Positions 56,837-64,000 of a stretch of 64,000 nt of DNA are shown in pieces. The stretch is from NCBI GenBank assembly GCA_025558095.1, contig JAIVFI010000012.1, positions 310,001 to 374,000 of the forward strand, in the 5' to 3' direction. Source of the DNA: Hyaloraphidium curvatum SAG 235-1 (lineage: Eukaryota > Fungi > Monoblepharomycota). Made by a program: the position numbers and the translations under genes. Below the pieces are notes generated by a model. It made no database searches. It was not told the DNA's origin and saw nothing but the letters and a program-made list of their open reading frames with translations. Each line of letters begins with the position of its first letter. Positions within the stretch are counted from its first letter, which is position 1.

Positions 56837-57680
56837 CTACTTCTTCGCCACCTTCTGCTGCGCCAGCACCTTCTTCACGATCTTCTGCTCCTCGATCAGG
56901 AACGCGCGCACCACCCTGTCCGAAAGCGTCAGCCGGGTCCGAAACAACGCGGAGCGGGGAAGGCAACCCACCGATTCCGGACGCACGAACCGCACCGCGA
57001 CCCGCCGTACGCGCGGGTGACGGTCTTTACCCGCTTCGACACGCGCATGTAGTCCTTCGGCCGCAGGCCGGGGATCTGGGGAAGGGGGGGATGGCGTCAG
57101 CCCCGGTCCACGGGAATCCGGTCCAGAAGAATCCCAGGGGTGTCCGTCCAGCCCAGCGGCGAGGGAAGGAGGGGCAAGGGGAGAGGTGTCCCGAGGCGGC
57201 GGGCTGGCAAGAGGGCAGGAGGGCCGAGGGCGCCGGGATGGGCGTTCCGGCAAACGCATGCCCTGTCCCCGTCCCGGTCTCCCTCCACACCCCCTGGCCC
57301 CCATCCCGCCCTCTTCGCCCGCCCTCCCATCTCCCAGACACCCCCTCCACCCCGCCGCACCGCCCCATCGCCCCCCAAGCCACGCCCCCGCAACCACCGC
57401 GACGCTCACCCCCGCCAGCGTGCTCCCGCAGTCCCCGCACTTCGGCCCCTTCCCGAGCTTCTTGGTGTACGAGAGGACGTGCTTCCCGCCTGCCCGAGAA
57501 ATCCGTCAGCGCTTCCTTCGGGGACCAGGAGGTGGCAAGTGCCCACCGGGCGTCTTGACGATCCGCGTCCGGTTGGACTTGGTGTTGTACGAGAGGCGGC
57601 GGCGGTAGGTCACGCGGGTGGCCTGCGAGGGCGGAGGGGTCAGAGGAGAACAGGGAGGAGGGAGGAGGGGCGCGCACCAT
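56837..57680 (-). CDS. RPL34: 60S ribosomal protein eL34; 4 introns
   Basis: M|[26 protein letters not shown]|GKHV..PKCGDCG..G|[24 protein letters not shown]|[14 protein letters not shown]. Confidence 0.98.
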
Positions 57681-58376
57681 GGCTGGGGCGGGCGGGGAGG
57701 AGGAGTTGGTAGTGGAGGCGGAGGGCGCGAACAATGATAGGTTCGGGGTAACCCTTGGCCCAATTCGCCACCCATCACGAGACCCCCGATCTCGCCCATT
57801 CCGGTGCGGGAAGAGCCATCCGAGGCGTTTCCATTCTATTCATACCCCGTCCATCCATTTTTCGGGCCGTCTAGTTCGGTTTTTGGGCCTTCGCGAGTGC
57901 GGCCGCAGGCCACGATCCCTCGGCGTAGTGGTGCAGGTGAAGGGCGGACCGGCGTCGGCGGCTGCGCCAACAGATTGCAGGGCACCCGGGCATGAATGCC
58001 GAGGGCGGCGACGCAGGCTGCGATGCGGCCCGGTGCGTGCGGTCGAACCGCCCGTGGGCCGCCCGCGAAATAGGCTCCTGGGCCTGGCCACCGGCACCGA
58101 TCGCCCTTCCGGTAAGGCATCCGGAGGGGCCGAGCCGGGTGCGGCATCCGTGGCTGATGGATGCCTGCTGAGTGGTAGCCGAGCAGCGCCGGTGTAGCTC
58201 GAGGGGCGGCAGGTGGGGCGCCTGACCCTCGTGAAAACGGCCCTCGGCGCGGCGGCTTGTGGCCAGACCCACCGTCTTTCTCCGGCCTCACCAGCTAGCT
58301 AGCCGCGGGGCGCCGGCCTGCTCCGGCGATGTGCGACGAGCGCTAGCGGGCTTTAGAGGAAGCGCAGCGGGCTTTG

Positions 58377-61300
58377 ATGGCGACGGCGGCGGGGCCGGCG
58401 GCGGGGCCCCCGTCGGGCCGCCGCCCTCTGCACCGGGTTTTGCTGGAGGCGGCGCTGGGCGGGCACGGTGCCGGCAGCCCGGGCAGCGCCGCCGCCGACG
58501 GCGCGCACGCCTTCGCGGCGCTGCCGGTCGCCGACCTGCTGCGGCCGGCCGGCGCCGAGCTGCCCGAGCTGTGGCGGCTGTCGACGCGGACAAAGGACGT
58601 GCTGCCGCACGGCGAGCGCCTCGAGAACCTCGCGTGGCGCGCGATGGCCATGCAGATGAAGCGGGAAAGGGCCGCGGAGGGGGGGCCGCCCGCGGAGGGC
58701 GCAGGAGCGGCCGCCCCCGTTCGCCTCGCCGCCAACCCGAAACCCGCGAAGCCGCTGTCGCCGGCGTCGTCGGACCGCACCGCCGAGCCAGACCAGATGG
58801 ACTGGGCGGGCTCGGTGCCGTCGTCGCTGCGCACCCGCGCATCGCCCGGCGCCTCCGAGTCCGATCCCTCGCGCAAGTGGTCGCAGTCGTCGGCCGATGC
58901 CATGGAGGGCCTGTCGGCGGACGACGTGCGCAAGGAGCTGCTGGCTGAGCTGGGCAACCACAAGTACCACCAGGTGCCGATGGGCGCCATCGTCTCGTTC
59001 CCCCCGCCCTCGCAGGTGCGTTTCCCTTCGCTCCCCGCTCCGGCTATCCTAAACGTCCCCGTGCGTTCTCCCCCTTTTCCAGGACCACCTCTCGATTCCC
59101 GTCTCGTCCCATCAACCCCTCTCCGTCGCCGACGCGCACTTTGCGCCCCACCTCGTGCGCAACGCGGCGTACCTCTCCGCATCCCCCCACCCCTACGACC
59201 CGCAACGGCAACTCTTCGACGCCGACTCGCCCATGTTCGGCGCCGGCTCCAACTTTCCCTCCTCGCCGATGATACCCGTGGGCGACGTCGTCCCTCCGCC
59301 CGATTTCCCCCCAGCCGGCGCCCCCGCGCCGCCCGCTGCCTCGCTGCTGCCCGACCCGTCCGGCATGGGCCTGGGCGGCGCCGACGCGGACGACTGGATC
59401 CGCCAGTACATGTCGCTGGACGGCCTTTCGGACACCACCATCCTGCACGGCGACCCGCTGGGCGACCTCGCCGGCGGCGCCAAGGCCACCGGCTCGCCCT
59501 CCGCCTTCTCCCCGTCCAATGCCGACGACGGCGACGGCGACACCGTCACCACGCGGCGGAGCGACTCGCACAGCCCCGACGACCCGCCCTCGCTCGACTT
59601 TGGCGGGCCGCAGGTAAAGCAGGAGGATGCCGAGGACTTTGCCGCGGCCGCAGAGGCGGACGCCGTCTTTGCCGAGCTCATGGCCGGCGGCGGCATCGGC
59701 ATCGGCGTCGGTGCCGGCCCGGCGCTGCCGCGGAACTACTCCCTGCCCGACCTCGCGGGGCTGCAGGGCCTGCACGGGCTGCAGCCGGGGTACGTCAACC
59801 CTGCCGCGTACGCGCAGGGCGGTATCCCACCGCAGGACGCGCTCGGGCGCGGATTCGGGATCGCGACCGCCGTCGGTGCGCCCGCGCCACCGCCGCAGCA
59901 AGCAGCGCCGCCCGCGCCCGCATCCACGCCAGGGCCTTCGGGCCGCGCACGGCGCCCGGCGCGCAAGGCCACCAACCAGGCGGAAGAGGGCACCGAGCCG
60001 GCCGTGGTCGAGTGCAGCAACTGCCGCACCACGCGGACCCCGCTCTGGCGCAGGGACGAGAAGGGCGCGCCGCTGTGCAACGCGTGCGGGCTTTTCTACA
60101 AGCTGCACGGCGTCACGAGGCCGATTTCCATGAAAACGGTGAGTCGCATCCTTTCGCGATGCGCTGCAAAACAGTCGCTCATCGTTTCCGTTTCCGCAGG
60201 ATGTGATCAAGAAGCGCAACCGGCAGTCCAACAAGAAGGCCGACACCGCCGTTTCGACGCCTTCGCCCCCGCCAAACAGCACCACGCCTCCGCCGACGAC
60301 GTCGCCCGCGGCCTTTGCCGCGCAGATGTCCATGTCGCTGCCCACGACCGGCTTCCTGCCGACCCGGCCGGCCAACGTGGGCAAGAGTGGGCTGTCGCCA
60401 AAGACCAAGCAGCAGCCGCAGAAGCAGGGCTCGCTCGACTTTGGCAAGACCCCCCGGAGCGGGCTCTCGGCGGGTCTCAAGGGGATGAGCATGATCAGCA
60501 CCGTCGCCGCGGCGGGGGCGGTGCCGCAGCAGCCCCTGTCGCCTCAAAACATGGTCATGGGCGTGCACCGCACGGGCTCGCCGGCCATCGGCGTTCCCGG
60601 CCGCGCCGACTCGCCCGCGCTGGTGTCGCCGCACACGTCCTCGGTGCCGATCCCCATCTCGGCCGCCGGCTCCAGCACGGCGTCGCTGGCCGCCCTGTCG
60701 CGCAAGGGCTCCGTCAGCAGCGCCTTCACCCCGCCCAACTTCCGCGAAGGCTCGCCGCTCGCCGGCCCCATGCACGTGCCGGCGCGTTTCGCCCCCGCGC
60801 CGCAGCAGGTGGCCGGCTCGCTGCCGGCCAACTGGGCCAACGCGCGCGGGACGACGTCGATGCGGATGCAGCGCAAGCGGCAGCGGACGGACCACGAGGG
60901 CGCCGACTTTGGCGACGACGACGGGGTGGCCTTCACCACCTTCCCCTCGTCGCCCGGGCTCTCCTTCATGCACTCGCACACGCTCGCGCACCCGGGCATG
61001 GCCGGCGGCGCGGTGCCGAGCATCTTCGGCGCCGCCGTCGCCGAGCCGGTCGTCTACTCCTCGCCGTCGCCGGCGCCGGTGCTCGATCCGAACGGGGGGA
61101 TGATGTCGGCCGAGGACCTGCTCCAGCAGCTGCAGAGCATCCTGACGCTGCAGCCGGCCGAGCCGCCGGCGCCGGTTTCGCCCGCGGGGAGGGAGACGCC
61201 GGGACCGGGAGGGCAGGGGCTGACGAACGAGATGATCTACTCGCAACTACAACAGCTGATCGAGCTGCAGCGGATGCAGGTTGGTTGCCTGGCCGTGCCG

Positions 61301-61512
61301 CTGATGACTCGGTGCTGACGACGATCCCCCCCCTCCAGCTGGAAGTGCAGCGGCAGAACGCCGAGCTGATCTCGATGGCCGCCAAGGCGCCGTCGATGAT
61401 GCCCGTCGTGGCGCAGCCGGGCGGGCCGATCTACTACCAGGCCATGCCGATGGAGGGGCCGCCGGGTGTGCCGCGCGCCGGGTCTGGCAACCTGGGGAGG
61501 AGGAAGCAATAG
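58377..61512 (+). CDS. AreA/Gat1-like GATA nitrogen-regulatory transcription factor; multi-exon
   Basis: DUF1752-like [27 protein letters not shown]; [14 protein letters not shown]...[22 protein letters not shown]|DVIKKRNR. Confidence 0.92.
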
Positions 61513-61811
61513 CTATGTCGCAACGGGTTAGCGGTTGTACGGAATTTCGGTTGCGATTTCGCATAGATTGGGGAGGTCGAAGTGTTCGATCCGTCTGGCC
61601 GATTTACGGGGTGTCGGCTCAATCGGCATTGCAGGTCCCCTGCCGACTCCACGCGCCCCACGTGACACGACCCAGCCCGCCTAGCCCTGAGGCGGCCGCT
61701 GCGACGCGGCACTTGGATTTCCGAGTCCTCCTCTTTCATTTCCGCCCGCCCGGCCCGTCGTTTCCGGGGGCGACGGGGTGACTCCGGGCGTGCGCTCAGT
61801 GTGAGCCGGAG

Positions 61812-63733
61812 ATGCTCCTCCCCGCCGCGCTGCTCCTCCTGGCCCTCGGCACGCCCGCCGCCGCCAAGCCGGCGACCGAGGGTATCGACCAGGTGCTCAT
61901 CATTGGAGTCGATGGGCTCTCAACGTCGTACTACCATTCCCTGCTGCGTCGGGGCGCCCTGCCGAACTTTGCGCGGCTCCGGAGCCAGTCGGCCTTTACG
62001 GACAATGCGCGGGCCGTCATGCCGACCGTGAGCTTCGTCAACTGGATGTCCATCTTGAGCTCGGCAGACCCGAGCTTCCACGGCGTCGACGGGAATGACT
62101 ATTCGCGGGCCACCTCCCCTGTCATTTCGGTGACGGGCCCTTGCAGCTTCTTCCCGAACGCATTCAGCGTGCTTCGGGTCGCTTATCCCGAGGCGTTCCT
62201 CGCCGCCCGATACAGTTGGCCCGTCATCGGCGAGGTCCTCGAGCCCTCAAAGTACCTCAACGTGTCGACTTCCGAGATGTCGGACGAGGCGGTCGCCGAC
62301 AACTGTGTTTCGGACCTCCAGCTCATGGGCCGCAAGAAGGCCGAGCTGCTGGCTGCGGGCAAGGGCGGCCGGGGAAGGCGCGGGGAGGGCGTTATGCTTC
62401 ACCTGTGCTACTTCGTCGCAGGTTCGTACCTTCTCCAGTTGATCTCGCCGAGATGCTGATGATCCATTCAGTGGACGAAACTGGCCATGTTTACGGCTAT
62501 AGTGATGATTACGAAGAAGCGATAATGGCGACGGACGCTCTGATCGGCCGGCTGCTCGACACGGTGGAATCATCGGGGCTAGCTTCCTCGACCCTGATCG
62601 TCCTGGTGTCGGACCACGGACGGGAACCGCTCACCGGCCATGAGCACGGATCCTTCACCATGGAGGAGCTTGAAACGCCGTGGTCTCTGGCCGGCCCAGG
62701 GATCCGGAAGGGCAGGCTACGGACCCCCGTGCACACCTTCGACACTGCCAGCACCGTCCTCGGCGCTCTCGGTGTGGAACCACCGCTGCAATGGCACGGC
62801 CGTATGGTGCTGGAAGCGTGGAGCGCCTACGAAATCGACGACCATCCGCTCGTCGACGGTGTGGGGGGAGCCGGGGAGGCTTTGAACCGGGCGGGGTGGC
62901 TCTACCAAGAGCCCATGAACCCGGACTTGGAATGCGTGGAGGACCTGGCGGTCCGGAAGGAGGCTTTCGACGCCTCCGTCATGGATGCCGAGACTTCCCT
63001 CCTTCCCAACATCTTTGGCGGCGGCTCCGAGAAGCCGAAACCGTCTTCGCGCCACCGGGAAGGAACGTGCAAAGCGAAGCATCACCAAAGAAGCTACCAC
63101 AGCGGCCATGGCTTCGGCGAAGATCCGCATTCCCTCCATCTCACGCACAAGCAGTTCTCTCACGACCACCTGTCTCACGCGCACTCTCACCAGCGGGCCA
63201 ACCTCACCCACCACGCGCACGTGCAACGCACGATGCCGTTGCTCATGAGGTGGTTCCGCGCCGTTCGGCTCGGGATCGCAAAGGTGATTCTGCGGGTCGC
63301 GACGTCGGCTGGCGACGGAAAGTTCCACTTGTTCTCCTTCGTTCTGGGGATCGCAGCCGCCTTCACCACCCTGCTGCTGCTCGGCAGCTCGGTCGGCTGC
63401 GGCGTGCTCCTGTGCCGGTTCAAGCGGAGGCGGTTGGGCAGCGGTGCGGGCGAGACGCCTCGATTGGGCCCCGTGTTGGTGGCACCGGACGCGAAGCCCC
63501 CAATGAGCCGGTTCCTGATGCGCAAGAGCTTGTCGCACGCGACGCTCGTGGACTTCAAGCTACCGCTCCCGCAAGCACAGCTTGGGGAGCCGCGGTTGCC
63601 GATCGCCAGGCCGCAATCATCGCCTCCGCGAGTTGCTGCCCCGCAAGCATTGCTCATGGAGCGGCCGTCTTCGGAAGATTCGGATTCGGACAGCGGCTCC
63701 AGCTTCACCGCACGACTCGATCACGCCAGATAG
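61812..63733 (+). CDS. Alkaline-phosphatase-superfamily (NPP/type I phosphodiesterase-like) ectoenzyme with His-rich linker and C-terminal TM; 1 intron
   Basis: Signal peptide; IIGVDGL, PTVSFVNWMS, HGV, DETGH, SDHG...HEHG; TM LFSFVLGIAAAFTTLLLLG. Confidence 0.88.
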
Positions 63734-63783
63734 AAACTTGTGCGCGGAATCAATTGCATCGATTGTTGGAATCCCGATTCTCG

Positions 63784-64000
63784 CTACATGTCCGAGAAGC
63801 CGAAGCTGCCGTCCAAGTCCCGCCTCTTGATATCCTCGACGAGTTTCTGGATCTCGGGATCGAGATCGAGCGAAGCGTTCGACACAAGACTTCCCGTGTC
63901 GCTTCGGCCGCGACGCATGTCCTCCTGCGATCGAGTGCGGATATCGCGCTCGCGTTCGCGCAATGCCGAGTAGCGGCCGCGACGGTCAAGCTCGTAATCT
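63784..64000 (-). CDS. 3' end of an unidentified gene running in from beyond the window
   Basis: Open frame ...RERERDIRTRSQEDMRR...DPEIQKLVEDIKRRDLDGSFGFSDM*. Confidence 0.5.
   Translation of the reverse strand, partial: DYELDRRGRYSALRERERDIRTRSQEDMRRGRSDTGSLVSNASLDLDPEIQKLVEDIKRRDLDGSFGFSDM

Noticed and set aside
57076-57409. Intronic snoRNA in RPL34
   Set aside because: No RUGAUGA box C; the only CTGA is the branch point; no convincing H/ACA layout by eye
1-64000. Apparent frameshifts or pseudogenes in the ORF track; tRNA, rRNA or transposons
   Set aside because: Frame breaks other than the MYND case resolve as canonical GT-AG introns with branch points; no tRNA, rRNA, LTR/TIR or transposase signatures were seen by eye

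Overview
Gene-dense, GC-rich eukaryotic DNA with short (~50-80 nt) GT-AG introns. The gene content (Zn2Cys6 TFs, AreA-type GATA factor, Crh-type GH16, plus CDKAL1, CCDC6-like, BTG and stathmin-like genes) suggests an early-diverging fungus (inference). About 33 protein genes are supported. Many are split across, or missing from, the ORF track because of introns, so spliced models were assembled by hand and all family calls are motif recognition, not database searches. No tRNA, rRNA, CRISPR array or transposon was seen. Highlights: (1) a spliced stathmin-like gene with the N-terminal motif and four tubulin-binding-type repeats (29525-30692); (2) a cluster of three paralogous small 4-TM proteins of unknown family (38995-41668); (3) a Gram-positive GlpF/GIP-type aquaglyceroporin with NPAID in place of NPARD, a very long loop C and a tandemly duplicated terminal exon, flanked by two paralogous Zn2Cys6 TFs; (4) a head-to-head amidase / cyanobacterial-plant-type ureidoglycolate lyase-like pair, both with PTS1-like ends; (5) five PTS1-like C-termini in total, one of them splicing-dependent.
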